A program made the translations under genes and the position numbers. This document shows positions 40,958 through 52,100 of a DNA stretch of 64,000 bases, piece after piece. This DNA comes from an uncultured delta proteobacterium. GTDB lineage: Bacteria > Desulfobacterota > Syntrophia > Syntrophales > UBA2192. Position 1 is the stretch's first letter. Every line of letters begins with the position of its first letter. The notes below the pieces were generated by a model, which made no database searches, had not been told where the DNA came from, and saw only the letters and a list, made by a program, of their open reading frames with translations. Location: positions 96,001-160,000 of the forward strand of contig CAVPJD010000011.1 in assembly GCA_963705165.1 (NCBI GenBank). The letters run 5' to 3'.

Positions 40958-42316
40958 TCACTGCTTCAATCCATACTTCTTCATTTTGTACCTCAGCATC
41001 CTCTCGCTGATGCCCAGAATGCCCGCCGCCTTGGTCTGGTGGTTGTCGGCCTCTTCCAGGGCCTTCAGGATCATCTGCTTTTCCAGCTCCTCGATGGAGT
41101 CTTTCAGCCGGCCCTCTCCCGCCGTCTCGACAGTGCCCGCGAAACGGTCCCCGAAGGGCAGATCGGCCACCGTGATGATCGGGTCACGGACAATGACAAC
41201 GGCGCGTTCGAGGATGTTGATGAGCTCACGCACGTTGCCCGGGTAGTCGTATTTGAGAAGCTGGTCGCGGGCCTCCTGGCTGACGCCTTCGATTTCCTTT
41301 CCGTTCTCGGCGGCAAATTTCTTCAGGAAGTGATCGATGAGCGCTGGGATGTCCTCCTTGCGCTCCCTCAGCGGCGGGATGAACATGTCCACGACGTTGA
41401 GCCGGTAGAAAAGGTCTTCGCGAAAAGCTCCTTCCTTGACTCTCGCTTCGAGGTCGCGGTTGGTGGCGGTGATGATCCGGACGTCGGAATGGAGGACCTG
41501 GTTTCCGCCGACCCGCTGGAACTCGCGTTCCTGGAGGAACCTCAGGAGCTTGATCTGAACGGCCGGGGTGAGCTCCCCGATCTCGTCGAGGAAGAGCGTG
41601 CCGCCGTCGGCCTCCTCGAAACGCCCGATGCGCCTCACCGTCGCCCCGGTGAAGGAGCCCTTCTCGTGCCCGAAGAGCTCGCTCTCCAGCAGGGTCTCGG
41701 GAAGGGCGCCGCAGTTGACGGCAATGAGCGACCTTGCAGCCCGGGGGCTCAGGTTGTGGATCAGGCGGGCAAAGAGCTCCTTTCCCGTCCCGCTCTCCCC
41801 CCGCACGAGGACGGTGGCGCGGCTGGCAGCTACGCGGCCGGCCAGGTTGACAAGACCCTCCATCTGGGGGCTGCGGAAGACGATCTGATCGGCGGTGACC
41901 CCTTTCTCCTGCAGGCGCTGTCGCATCATCTCGTTCTCCCGGAGCAGAATGCGACGCTCCGAGATCCGGTTGATGTGCAGCACGAGCTCATCGAGATCGA
42001 TCGGCTTCGTGACGTAGTCGACGGCCCCCGCCTTCATGGCCTCCACGGCCGTCTCGATCGTCCCGTAGGCCGTCATCATGATGACGTCGATCTCCGGGTT
42101 GATCTTCTTCACCTCCTGCAGGACCTGCAGGCCGTTCATGCCCGGCATCTTGTAGTCCATGAGAAGCAGATCGAAATAAGCCGCCCGGATTTCCGCAAGG
42201 GCCTTCTCGCCGCAGTCCGCCTCCGCCGCAGAGTGGCCCTCCTTGCGCAGGAAGTCCCGGAGCATCTCCCGCTGGATCTGCCCGTCTTCAACGATCAATA
42301 TGCTGAGTTTCTTCAT
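40958..42316 (-). CDS. Sigma54-dependent response regulator
   Basis: REC, GESGTGKE, GHEKGSFTGA, HTH. Confidence 0.93.
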   Translation of the reverse strand: MKKLSILIVEDGQIQREMLRDFLRKEGHSAAEADCGEKALAEIRAAYFDLLLMDYKMPGMNGLQVLQEVKKINPEIDVIMMTAYGTIETAVEAMKAGAVDYVTKPIDLDELVLHINRISERRILLRENEMMRQRLQEKGVTADQIVFRSPQMEGLVNLAGRVAASRATVLVRGESGTGKELFARLIHNLSPRAARSLIAVNCGALPETLLESELFGHEKGSFTGATVRRIGRFEEADGGTLFLDEIGELTPAVQIKLLRFLQEREFQRVGGNQVLHSDVRIITATNRDLEARVKEGAFREDLFYRLNVVDMFIPPLRERKEDIPALIDHFLKKFAAENGKEIEGVSQEARDQLLKYDYPGNVRELINILERAVVIVRDPIITVADLPFGDRFAGTVETAGEGRLKDSIEELEKQMILKALEEADNHQTKAAGILGISERMLRYKMKKYGLKQ

Positions 42317-42340
42317 GCTTTCCTTAATCCCTTCCCCGTC

Positions 42341-44101
42341 TCATCGTGCGGCGCCTTCCCGCTGCACGGGTTTGATCGGTAGGGTGATCTCGAAGGTCGT
42401 TCCCCGGCCGACACCGCTCTGGACACGAATGGTGCCGCCGTGACCGCGGATGATCTCATGGGCGATGGGCAGCCCCAACCCCAGCCCTTTTTCCTTGGTG
42501 GTATAGTCCGGGTCGAAGATCTTCCCGACCTCTTGCGGGGCAAGGCCCGACCCCGTGTCGGAGATGCGGATCACCGCACGCTCCCCTGCCTGTTGTTCAA
42601 CGACAATGTCGATGGACCCGGCGCCCACGATGGATTCCATGGCGTTCTTGATGATATTGATGAGCGCCTGTTGAAGCTTGTCCACGTCCATGGGGATCAT
42701 CAGGGGGTCGGGCTCCGGCTTCACGGAAAGGGCAATGCCACGGACGCTGGCCTCCTCGCCCATGAGCCTTGCGAGCTTCTGGACGACCTCCGTCAACGAG
42801 CACTCCCGGAATGCCAGGCGCCGGCTGCGCGAAAAGGTGAGAAAATCCTCGATGATGGCGTTGAGGCGCCGGATCTCGTCACGGATGACCACCGTGAGGC
42901 GGCCGAATTCCTGGCTCTTGTCCTCCTCACAGGGAAGATATTCCCGCTGCAGGCGCTGGCTCGCCATGCTGATGGCGTTCAGGGGGTTGCGAATCTCATG
43001 GGCCACACCGGCGGCAAGCTGTCCAAGGGAGGAAAGCCGCTCCGATTGTTCGAGACGCTTGCGCATCTCCTCGATGCGCACAAGGTGTCGCTTATGGTTC
43101 TGGAAGACAAACCAGAGGGAGAAGAGCCCCGCGAGAACAATGAATCCCATGGAGAGAAAAAGGAAATGGCGGTTGCGCTCCAGGATCTGGTCCATGCGAT
43201 CCCTCTCGAAACCGACCCGCACGATCCCGGCGGGCCGTCCCTCCAGGGTGAGCGGCGCCATGACCATAAGGTGCTCCCGCTCTCCAAGTCTCACATTCTG
43301 GTTTGTGACGGCGACCGCCCCGGCCAGGAGTTCCTTCTCCAGGGCCGTCATCTCCTGCGATGCGGGCTGCTCTCCCCTGGCGCCGAGGATGGCCCCCCAA
43401 CCGTCGAGAACGGTGACGAAAACGACCCCCGGTGTCTGCCCCGCCTCGTCAACGGCCCGCTGCATTGCGATCCGCATGCCCCACCAGCGCAGGGCATCGT
43501 CATCGAGGGCGATGATGACCGTCCCTTGACCGCCGCTGCGCCGCAGGGCGACGACACCGCCCCGGGCCGTCCTCTCGGATCGGCCGAAGAGGTCGATGAC
43601 GAGATCCTTCTTTTTCCGGATGGCAGGCTCGGCACGCACAAGGACCTGACGGGGAACGGGGCGGCTCTGAAAGAGAATCCGGCCGGCGTCATCGACAATG
43701 GCAAGCAGCCAGAGGCCTTCCTTATCGATCACTCCCTTCGATTCCTCCGGAGTGATGGTCTGGGAGGGCCACTTGCCGTCGATTGCGCGGATCACGCTGA
43801 CCAGGGCTTTGATCAGGGACTCCTGGGTCAGAAAGGTCTCGTCCGTCAGTGGGATAAGGGTCTCGCCGGCCGATTCGCCCCGGAGCATCTGCATGATGCT
43901 GTTGAAGCCGACCTGGGACTCCCGTTCGATCTTCTCGGCAACATCGAGCCCCCTGACCTCCATGAAATTGACAAGTGAGCGGTCGAGCCGGTTCAGGTCC
44001 ATGAGACCCATCACCAGGATCAGGATCACGAAAATCGTGCAGGAAATGATCAGGGTGAGGGGGCGCAGAAGGATCTGGCTGGCTGAAGGGATCTGATTCA
44101 T
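42341..44101 (-). CDS. Membrane sensor histidine kinase
   Basis: Two TM segments, AHEIRNPL, DTGSG, GLGLGL. Confidence 0.92.
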   Translation of the reverse strand: MNQIPSASQILLRPLTLIISCTIFVILILVMGLMDLNRLDRSLVNFMEVRGLDVAEKIERESQVGFNSIMQMLRGESAGETLIPLTDETFLTQESLIKALVSVIRAIDGKWPSQTITPEESKGVIDKEGLWLLAIVDDAGRILFQSRPVPRQVLVRAEPAIRKKKDLVIDLFGRSERTARGGVVALRRSGGQGTVIIALDDDALRWWGMRIAMQRAVDEAGQTPGVVFVTVLDGWGAILGARGEQPASQEMTALEKELLAGAVAVTNQNVRLGEREHLMVMAPLTLEGRPAGIVRVGFERDRMDQILERNRHFLFLSMGFIVLAGLFSLWFVFQNHKRHLVRIEEMRKRLEQSERLSSLGQLAAGVAHEIRNPLNAISMASQRLQREYLPCEEDKSQEFGRLTVVIRDEIRRLNAIIEDFLTFSRSRRLAFRECSLTEVVQKLARLMGEEASVRGIALSVKPEPDPLMIPMDVDKLQQALINIIKNAMESIVGAGSIDIVVEQQAGERAVIRISDTGSGLAPQEVGKIFDPDYTTKEKGLGLGLPIAHEIIRGHGGTIRVQSGVGRGTTFEITLPIKPVQREGAAR

Positions 44102-44138
44102 CCGGCTATCCGGTGAAAGGAGGGTTTCGCCCGTCTGT

Positions 44139-44585
44139 TCATCTGATGGGTTTCTTCGTCGCAGGCTGCTGGTCCATCACCACATACCAGCGCTGAAGCT
44201 GCTCGGGGGTCAGGACTTTTCTCATCTCGATCTGGAAGTCGATTTTTTCACGGATCAGCTGAGCGTCGATGGCTTCGATCTCCTTTCCCTTGGCCCGGAT
44301 GGCCTCCTCCGATGCGGAAGGGTCGTGCAGAAGGTTCCGAAACTCTATGCTTTTCCCGATAATTTCGCTACGAAGCTTCAGAGTCCGGTTGGAATAGGCA
44401 GCCCCAATCCGCCTTGTCTCCTTCACCTGGGATTCTGTCAGGTTAAGCTCCTTGATGATCGACACATCCCTGCTCGACAGGGGCGATGAGTCCTGCCGGC
44501 CGTTGCGTCCGACCCCCTGAGCATGACCCTCCGAGACAAGACAGACAAGAAGAAAAAGAAAGAAGACGATTTTAGTCGGCTTCAT
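44139..44585 (-). CDS. Periplasmic Spy/CpxP-family protein
   Basis: Signal peptide, LNLTESQ...VLTPEQ. Confidence 0.85.
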   Translation of the reverse strand: MKPTKIVFFLFLLVCLVSEGHAQGVGRNGRQDSSPLSSRDVSIIKELNLTESQVKETRRIGAAYSNRTLKLRSEIIGKSIEFRNLLHDPSASEEAIRAKGKEIEAIDAQLIREKIDFQIEMRKVLTPEQLQRWYVVMDQQPATKKPIR

Positions 44586-44923
44586 GAAAAACTCCTTATG
44601 AACGCCGGCAGGATTCCCGCGTCCGCCTTCCGCCCCCGTTGCCACCTGCGGACGAAATTTAAATTAGTGAACCCCATCAGGAAAGAAATGTCAAGCGCCC
44701 CTGGCCCTGCCTGCAGAAGATGGGTCGATTCATTTCGACAATATTGTCGAAGCCGTGCTTCTGGTTGATCCTCATAACTACTTGAAAAATAATTGATATT
44801 TACAACCCTAGGTGCATGTGCCGACAGATCTTGCCTGCCCTGTCCGTCCTTATCGGGCAAAAAAAGAAGGGGGTTTCAAATAAAACAATTCAAAAACAGA
44901 TACTTACATGACTTAATTCCCTG

Positions 44924-44939
44924 TGGCACGCTAACTGCA
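44924..44939 (+). promoter_or_regulatory. Sigma54 promoter with upstream palindrome (44734-44751) and AT-rich spacer
   Basis: TGGCACGCTAACTGCA (GG-N10-GC). Perfect palindrome TTCGACAATATTGTCGAA upstream. Confidence 0.8.
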
Positions 44940-44949
44940 AATTGCAGTG

Positions 44950-45122
44950 TAACCGATTAACTGCAAATGAGGTGCCCAACACAGCGAGGAGGGCCTTCAT
45001 TAAAGCAAAGAAACCGATTAGAAGCGGAACAGTTCTACGAAAAGGTCGCTTAAGGATTCTCCTCCTTCATTAGCGATAAAAACTCCAGACGGGGAGGTCG
45101 AAAGACCTCCCCCCCCCTTTTC
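44950..45122 (+). ncRNA. Candidate sigma54-dependent small RNA (~170 nt)
   Basis: Lies between the sigma54 promoter and terminator GGGGAGGTC GAAA GACCTCCCC..TTTT (45091-45121). Contains anti-SD-like TTCTCCTCCTT. The only ORF (28 codons) lacks an RBS. Confidence 0.6.
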
Positions 45123-45382
45123 AAAACCTATCCATCCTCAAGAATAAACGTTGACTCCCCCGCAGCAAGCTACGCGGCATCCGTTGCCGTTGCGTGCTTG
45201 ATTGCACATCCCGTCCTTAGATCGATTCCCTCTTTCGAGGGTAAGACCGGGGGTGCGTCGCGCTGGCCTTTCCTTTTGGGCGGGGAGCTTCACAAATCAC
45301 CCCCCCCGTGATGATAAAAAAAGGTGGTCACGACGAGAAAAGGCGTCTATAATCGTCGCAAATTCATGGAAAGGGGAACGGT

Positions 45383-45850
45383 ATGAGCAGCTACCAGGGA
45401 AGCGACATCTTTCAATTCGCCATCCGCATGGAAGAAAACGGCGAAAAATTTTACAACTATGCCGCGTCGATCGCCAAGGACGCCAAGGCTCGCGAGATAT
45501 TCACCCGGCTTGCCTCCGAGGAGATCAAGCACCGCAAACTCTTCGCAGACATGTTCTCCAGGATCGACACGATCATGCCGAAGGAGAGCTACCCCGGCGA
45601 GTACATGGCCTATCTGCAGGGCAGCATAGACGGGAAAGTCTTCTCGACGACAGCGACCAAGGAGATGGCTGAGATCAAGGACGTGATCGCGGCTCTGGAC
45701 TTCGCCATCGGGCGCGAACTCGATTCCGTCCTCTATTATTCGGAAATGAAGAAGTACGTCACGGCCTCCGCCCAGGATCTCCTCGAACAGGTCATCGAGG
45801 AGGAGCGCAAGCACGTCGTGATCCTGACGAACATCAAAAAGACATTCTAG
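45383..45850 (+). CDS. Ferritin-like/rubrerythrin-family protein
   Basis: AIRMEENGEKFY, EEIKH, EERKH. Confidence 0.88.
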   Translation: MSSYQGSDIFQFAIRMEENGEKFYNYAASIAKDAKAREIFTRLASEEIKHRKLFADMFSRIDTIMPKESYPGEYMAYLQGSIDGKVFSTTATKEMAEIKDVIAALDFAIGRELDSVLYYSEMKKYVTASAQDLLEQVIEEERKHVVILTNIKKTF

Positions 45851-45970
45851 AGCGCCTCGCCACGGCTCAAGAGACAGCGCAAAAGGGACGATATTTCCAG
45901 AGGGAGCTCTTTCCCGGAATCATCGGGGATTTGTTCCCCGGCAGAGGACCCCGGTCAACGGGGAGACAAA

Positions 45971-47209
45971 ATGAGAAAATTCAGCGGCGTCATTGCTGCA
46001 GCCGTCCGTGAAGGGGTTTCGGATATCCACATTACGGGCGCCCACCCGGTGGTGTTTCGAAAAAACGGGCAAATCCAGCAGGATCACTCCATCAAGTGGA
46101 CCCATGCAGAGGTGGACACGCTCGTCAGGAAACTGCTGACACCCCGGCAAATCCAGATCCTGCGCCGGGAGTGGTCCGTCGATCTCGCCGTTACGATCCA
46201 GCATGTTCGCCTGCGGCTCAACGTTTTTAACACGACCCGGGGACTGAGCCTGGCCATCCGCCTGCTCCCGGGCGTGATCCCCACGATCCAGCGACTCAAT
46301 CTCCATCCCTCGCTTCAGCAGATCGCCGAGCTTCAGTCGGGGCTCGTCCTCGTCTGCGGCGCCACAGGAACCGGCAAATCCACCACGATTGCCGCGATCA
46401 TCGACGAGATCAACCGCAGCCGTTCGGCCCACATCGTAACCCTGGAAGACCCCATCGAGTACCGCTTCACTTCAAAGCAGTCCTTCATGGAACAGCGGGA
46501 GCTGGGCACACACATGCCCTCTTTCGAAAAGGGGCTCCTCGATGTCCTTCGGGAAGACCCCGATGTGATCGTGGTGGGGGAGTTGAGGGAACCGGAAGTC
46601 ATGCGGCTCACCCTCAACGCGGCCGAGTCCGGCCATCTCGTGATCGCATCGCTTCATGCCACGAATGCCGAGGACGCCTTGCACCGGCTGTGCAATTCCT
46701 TCCCCATGGAGGCTCAGGAGGAAATTCGCTACCAGATCGCCTCTACGCTCGCCTGGATCGTGGTCCAGCAACTCATTTTCCACGAGAGATTCGGCTTCAG
46801 GTTGCCTCTGCTTTCCATCCTCAGGGGCAACAACTCCGTCAAGGGAATGATCCGCGAGAACAAGCTTCCCCAGATCGAAAGCGCCATCCAGCTCGGCAAG
46901 AGCGACGGCATGTTCTCGATGGAGAGATACCTCAAGGAATACCTCACGTCGAAGGACTCCTTCTACCCCCCGGCGGAAAACTTCAAACCGGCGGAAGAAG
47001 CATCGCGGGAAGTGATCTATCACTCCCCCCTGCTCGACGGGGACCCGGAGCCGGCGGCACCGAAGCAGAAAAAGCCCTCTGCCGAGGAGAAATCCGTCAT
47101 TTTTCTCCACCCCGAAGACGATGCCGAAAAACACTTCATGATCGACGAGAAGGCAACCGTCGACGAGCTGATCGCGCAGATACGGGATTCCGGCAAGTTC
47201 AAAGAATAA
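45971..47209 (+). CDS. PilT/PilU-family type IV pilus retraction ATPase (paralog 1)
   Basis: SDIHI, GATGTGKSTT, TLEDPIE, LREDPDVIVVGELR, AESGHLV..LH. Confidence 0.92.
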   Translation: MRKFSGVIAAAVREGVSDIHITGAHPVVFRKNGQIQQDHSIKWTHAEVDTLVRKLLTPRQIQILRREWSVDLAVTIQHVRLRLNVFNTTRGLSLAIRLLPGVIPTIQRLNLHPSLQQIAELQSGLVLVCGATGTGKSTTIAAIIDEINRSRSAHIVTLEDPIEYRFTSKQSFMEQRELGTHMPSFEKGLLDVLREDPDVIVVGELREPEVMRLTLNAAESGHLVIASLHATNAEDALHRLCNSFPMEAQEEIRYQIASTLAWIVVQQLIFHERFGFRLPLLSILRGNNSVKGMIRENKLPQIESAIQLGKSDGMFSMERYLKEYLTSKDSFYPPAENFKPAEEASREVIYHSPLLDGDPEPAAPKQKKPSAEEKSVIFLHPEDDAEKHFMIDEKATVDELIAQIRDSGKFKE

Positions 47210-47350
47210 AAACTACAATATTTGATGCATTTGTTGCATCCACATGGCGCCCTGCCGCTTTTTTGACCCCCTTTTCGATCTCCTCACCCCCAACAAAATC
47301 CATAACAGCTTGATTTGCTACGACTATTTTTTGCTTTGCCTTCTGGCAAG

Positions 47351-47366
47351 TGGCATGTTTCGTGCT
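47351..47366 (+). promoter_or_regulatory. Sigma54 promoter
   Basis: TGGCATGTTTCGTGCT (GG-N10-GC) upstream of the second pilT. Confidence 0.65.
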
Positions 47367-47474
47367 AAATATTTCTCCGCCGGAACCATGCGCTCTTGAT
47401 CCTTGCGCCGGATGCACACCTTCCAGCGGATTCTGCGCCGCTGACGCCAACCGGATCCGGAGGGATGAAAATAG

Positions 47475-48899
47475 ATGAATAAGTTCAGCAAGGTCATTGT
47501 GATAGCCGTCCAGGAAGGCTGTTCCGATGTGCACATCACCGGGGGGCATCCGGTTGTCTACCGCAAGAACGGCCAGATCCAGTTCGACAATTCCGGCCGA
47601 TGGACACACGGCGAGATTGACGGACTCGTGAAGAAGATCCTCACGGCCAGGCAGCTGCAGATGTTGCGCAATCGCTGGTCCGTCGACATGGCCATGACCA
47701 TCCGCCACATCCGGATCCGGGTCAATGTATTCAACACGACGCGCGGCCTCAGCATCGCCGTCCGTCTGCTTCCCGGCACCGTGCCGACCACCGAGAAACT
47801 CAACCTTCACTCCTCGCTGAAACAGGTGGCCGAGCTGCGTTCCGGGCTCGTGCTCATCTGCGGCGCCACCGGGTCCGGCAAGTCGACGACGATCGCGGCC
47901 CTCGTCGACGAGATCAACCGCAACCGGGCTGCCCACATCGTGACACTCGAAGATCCCGTCGAGTACCGCTATGTCTCCCGCAAATCCTTCATCGAACAGC
48001 GCGAACTGGGCGCACACATGCCGTCTTTCGAGCAGGGGTTGGTCGACGTGCTGCGCGAGGATCCCGATGTGATCGTCGTAGGAGAGCTGAGGGAACCGGA
48101 GGTCATGCGGCTCACCCTCAACGCCGCCGAATCGGGGCACCTGGTAATCGCAACCCTTCACGCCACCCACGCGGAAGACGCCCTGTACCGGCTGTGCAAT
48201 TCCTTTCCCGTGGAGGCACAGGAGGAAATCCGTCACCAGGTCGCATCGACGCTGCAGTGGCTCGTTGTCCAGCAGCTCGTCCTCAAGGAAGATGCCGGGT
48301 TCCGCGTTCCCGTCCTGTCCATCCTGAAGGGCAGCCAATCGGTCAAGGGAATCCTGCGGGAAAACAAGTTGCCCCAGATCGAGAGCGCCATCCAGATGGG
48401 CAAGAACGACGGCATGTTCACGGCCGAGCGCTACATCCGGGACTACCTGAGCAAGGTCAGCTCCTTCGTATCCCCCCAGGAGATCTTCAAGCCCTCTGCG
48501 GAATTGTCCGAGGAAGAGGTCTACCACTCGCCGCTGGTCGACGGGGAGCCCGCCGGGCCGCGCCCTGTCCAATCCCGTAAGCCGGGACCGGCCAGAGGAA
48601 GCTCCGCCTATGGATCCCAGGCAAACCTGGATTTCAGCACCGGAATGGGTTACGGCCTCCAGGACACCCGCAACGGAGTCAGCACGGAGGCTGCCCGCAG
48701 GCAGATTCAGGCAGCCGAGCCGGGCAAAGGCAACGGCGAGAAAGCCGCCCCGGATGCCAGGGAGGGTGCTTTCGATCACCTCTACAGCCAGTCCATCGAT
48801 GATGCCGAGAGGGGAGGCTCCCCGCTGATCATCGACGAGACGGCCTCCATCGACGAGCTGATTGCTCAGATCAGCAATTTCGGACGACCCAAAGCCTGA
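47475..48899 (+). CDS. PilT/PilU-family ATPase (paralog 2)
   Basis: Same motifs as paralog 1 and visibly very similar to it. Confidence 0.92.
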   Translation: MNKFSKVIVIAVQEGCSDVHITGGHPVVYRKNGQIQFDNSGRWTHGEIDGLVKKILTARQLQMLRNRWSVDMAMTIRHIRIRVNVFNTTRGLSIAVRLLPGTVPTTEKLNLHSSLKQVAELRSGLVLICGATGSGKSTTIAALVDEINRNRAAHIVTLEDPVEYRYVSRKSFIEQRELGAHMPSFEQGLVDVLREDPDVIVVGELREPEVMRLTLNAAESGHLVIATLHATHAEDALYRLCNSFPVEAQEEIRHQVASTLQWLVVQQLVLKEDAGFRVPVLSILKGSQSVKGILRENKLPQIESAIQMGKNDGMFTAERYIRDYLSKVSSFVSPQEIFKPSAELSEEEVYHSPLVDGEPAGPRPVQSRKPGPARGSSAYGSQANLDFSTGMGYGLQDTRNGVSTEAARRQIQAAEPGKGNGEKAAPDAREGAFDHLYSQSIDDAERGGSPLIIDETASIDELIAQISNFGRPKA

Positions 48900-49110
48900 A
48901 AACTGGTCTATCTCGTCTATTTGGTCTATTTCGTCTATTCCGTCAGGCTGCTTCGCAGCCGGAATGGGGCATCCGAATTCCGGAATTCCGTTTCCTCTTC
49001 ACACGCTACACGCGACACGCTTCTTCCAACCCTCTACCCGTGACCCGCACCCCTCGCCCCTGGTCCCTTCGTCCTCTTCACTAAGACACTCATGCACTCA
49101 GACACTAAAG

Positions 49111-49138
49111 CGAAAACCCGGCCGGGGCCGGGTTTTCG
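49111..49138. terminator. Bidirectional terminator
   Basis: CGAAAACCCGGC CGGG GCCGGGTTTTCG. Confidence 0.75.
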
Positions 49139-49159
49139 ATCGAACCTGTCGTTGAGAGG

Positions 49160-52100
49160 TTATTGCTGAATCGGCATGAGGAAGCCCTTGCGCACAGGCC
49201 CCGGGCCGGGGCCGAACTGAATGGCAAAATCGTCGAACTCGGCGAAGGTGGCGTCGTTGCCGAAGGCGTGCAGGCCGACCTCGGCCCGGTTCGCCGGGAA
49301 GACAACCCCGCTCTGGGGGGTGTGGAACAGGGCCCCGTCGGGGCTCGCAAAGCGCAGCACGTCGCCGGCGGAGCCCGTGTTTCCCTTCGAGTAGAATCCC
49401 TGCAGGCAGTAGCTACCCGACTGATCCACGCCGTTGACCTTGCAGCTCAGCGACGGGTTTACGTAATCGCCGAAGCGGATGAGGGTGAAATTGTCCGAGG
49501 GAATAGCCGTGCCTTCCGGATTTTCCGGCGGCCACAGGACCGAATTCCGGATGACGGGGTTCCGGTAGTTGTTGAAGGGATCCGTATCGGCTGGGGCATT
49601 GCCCGTCGGGTCCCCCACATACATGAGGACCCAGTTGTCGCGCCTGCGGAAGACCGCATCGCCGGACACGCTCGCCGTTGCCGCCCAGGTCCCGCCGGGG
49701 TGCTCGCCGACAAAGATCTTCGAGGCTGCCGTGAAGGGGGTTGTGGACGGGTTCGATTTCGCATTGCCCTGGATACGCTCCAGCAGGATCACCCCCTGTG
49801 CCGAATTCCCGACCCAGTTGCGGGCACCGGCGCTGGAATCCCTGTACAGGGGGTTGCGGGCCACCCGGTAGACGGCCGTGACCGTTCCCCCCGGCAGGTT
49901 GTCCGCCGTCTGGTACAGCGTTTCCCCGCTCACGATCTCCCGTCCCGACGAGCCGCCCCCGCCCGTGAAGGACACGGACGGCGCCTCGAGGACCCGGGCC
50001 GCGAAGCTCGCCCAGCTCTTCAGGTAGTACGAGACTTGGATCAGCCCGTAGTACTCGTTGCCCGGCACGACCTGGTGGGCCAGCTTCGTGTAGGTGGGCT
50101 CCTGCGCGATCATGGTCGTCGTGCCCGTCCCCCAGTCCGTGATATCCACGAGGCCGGCCCAGTAAGGCTCCGTCTGGTTCAGGGCACCTACGACGTTGCT
50201 GAAAAGGTAGAGATACACGTTGGCGTTGTGCACGACCTTGCGGATGTAGTAATCCCTGCCCGGTATGAGCGGGGGGGGCAGGGCGCCGCCCGAATTCACG
50301 AAACGGACCCGCTCGCCGTTCTCCCAGAAGTACTCCGGGTTGTAGGACTGAATCGCATAGGTCCCCGTGCCGACAGGCGGCGGGTCGTCGAACTTGGTCG
50401 GGGTGGAATGAGGGCTCAGATCGACATAGAGATCGGTTTCCTGTTTTTCGTACCGCTTCATCCAGAACAGCAGCATCGGCGTATAGTCCGGGTATCCGTA
50501 CAGGAAACCGTGCGGGATGCCGTCGTTGTCGCATCCGTACTGGTCATAGCCCGGGACGCCCCTGGCGAAGGTCACGCCCAGGGCATTCCCCTTGTCGTCG
50601 AGGCGGAAGGTGAGCCCGACGCCGTACTTGGCGAAGGGGTTGACCAAGGTATAGAAGGTCTTCATCTCCAGGTCGTAGCTCAGGTAATTGCCGGCGCGGA
50701 GCCATTCCTGCTGGATCGCGGGGTAAACGATTTCGCCCGTCGTAAGGCGCGCGGCGGCCAGGTTCAGCCCTACCTGGAATTCCTTGATCCGAACGCAGTT
50801 TCCCCCGGGGTACGTATAGACGGATTGGGCGGAGCCGACCCTCATCGTCGTGCCGTAGCTCGTCCCGGCCGTCACGGTGCCGATGCGGCTGGTGTCTACC
50901 CCCGTGAGCCAATTCGCAAAATTCGCCATCGTGTCGCTTAACTGATTCTTCAGCGGCTGCTCGGCCCTGGCATACCCGATGGGCGCAGAGTAGGTCACCT
51001 TCCGCTCGACGGCCGCGGCGCCGGAGCCATAGATTCCCGTGGATTCCAGCCGGATGAACTTCATCAGCTCGATGTAATTCTTGTATGTCGGGGAGGCTGT
51101 CTCGGGATTCTTCAGGGTTAGGCTCGTAAGGGGCAGCCCGTTGGGGTCCCCGACGCCCTTGAGCCGCCGGTTCGTGATGTCCAGTTCCCTGTAGGAAAGA
51201 ACGCGGGATTCCCCCGAGGCCAGATTAACGGTAAAGATGCCGTTGCGTGCGGGGAATGCCCTGGCGCCGGATCCTGCCACAAATGGAATGTAATCGATCA
51301 GCCCGTCACCGTCGCCGTCCGTCACGGTCAGGTTCGAAGAGTCGGGCACGGCAACGGGGGTCACCGCGTCCCGATCGGTGATATTTGTCCAGGGATTGCC
51401 CGAAAGGGTCCAGAATCGCACCTCGTTGTAGCCGGCATAGGTGTGAAGGCTGACGCCGGCAATCTGCACGTACTGTTGGCCGCTGCCGTCGGCCTTGCTG
51501 ACCTTGACCCAGCTGCCGTTGTTGTAACTGGTGCCTTCAAGGGGGAACCCGCCGGTTACCCTCGTCCTGAGCTGGTTGCTGTTGATCGGGATCTCCGCGA
51601 CCTTGTAGTAATAGGGGTAGGCATCGATCCGGAATCCGCCGTCGCCCTGGGCCAGGGAAAACGTTTTGCCGTGCAGCTCGGTCTCCAACAGGTTGTCCCG
51701 TGCTGTCTCTCGCGTCGCTTCGTTAGCCCCGCTGACATTGATATATGAACTGGCGGCATACCGGAAGCCCGATTCGGCAAGATAGTAGGCCTTCATGGAG
51801 TTGTTGCCGGCCACCTGGCTCAGGGCCGACGTACCGAACATGCCGATCATGACGGCACCGAGGGCCGAGAAGACCACCATCGCCGCAATCAGGGTCACGA
51901 GCATGGCACCGCGCTGACCCTTCAAACGGGGCGCCCAGCAGCGGGACTTTCGCTGCAGCGCCTTGAGGGCCAAATGGGCAAGCCCCCAGGACAGAAGAAA
52001 GATCACGGGTATCAGGACCGGGCAGTACATGGTCAGGAGGGCAAACCCTGCCAAAGGCGTCACCAGGAGCCGGACAAGGAGACAGGCGATCGGCTTGTCT

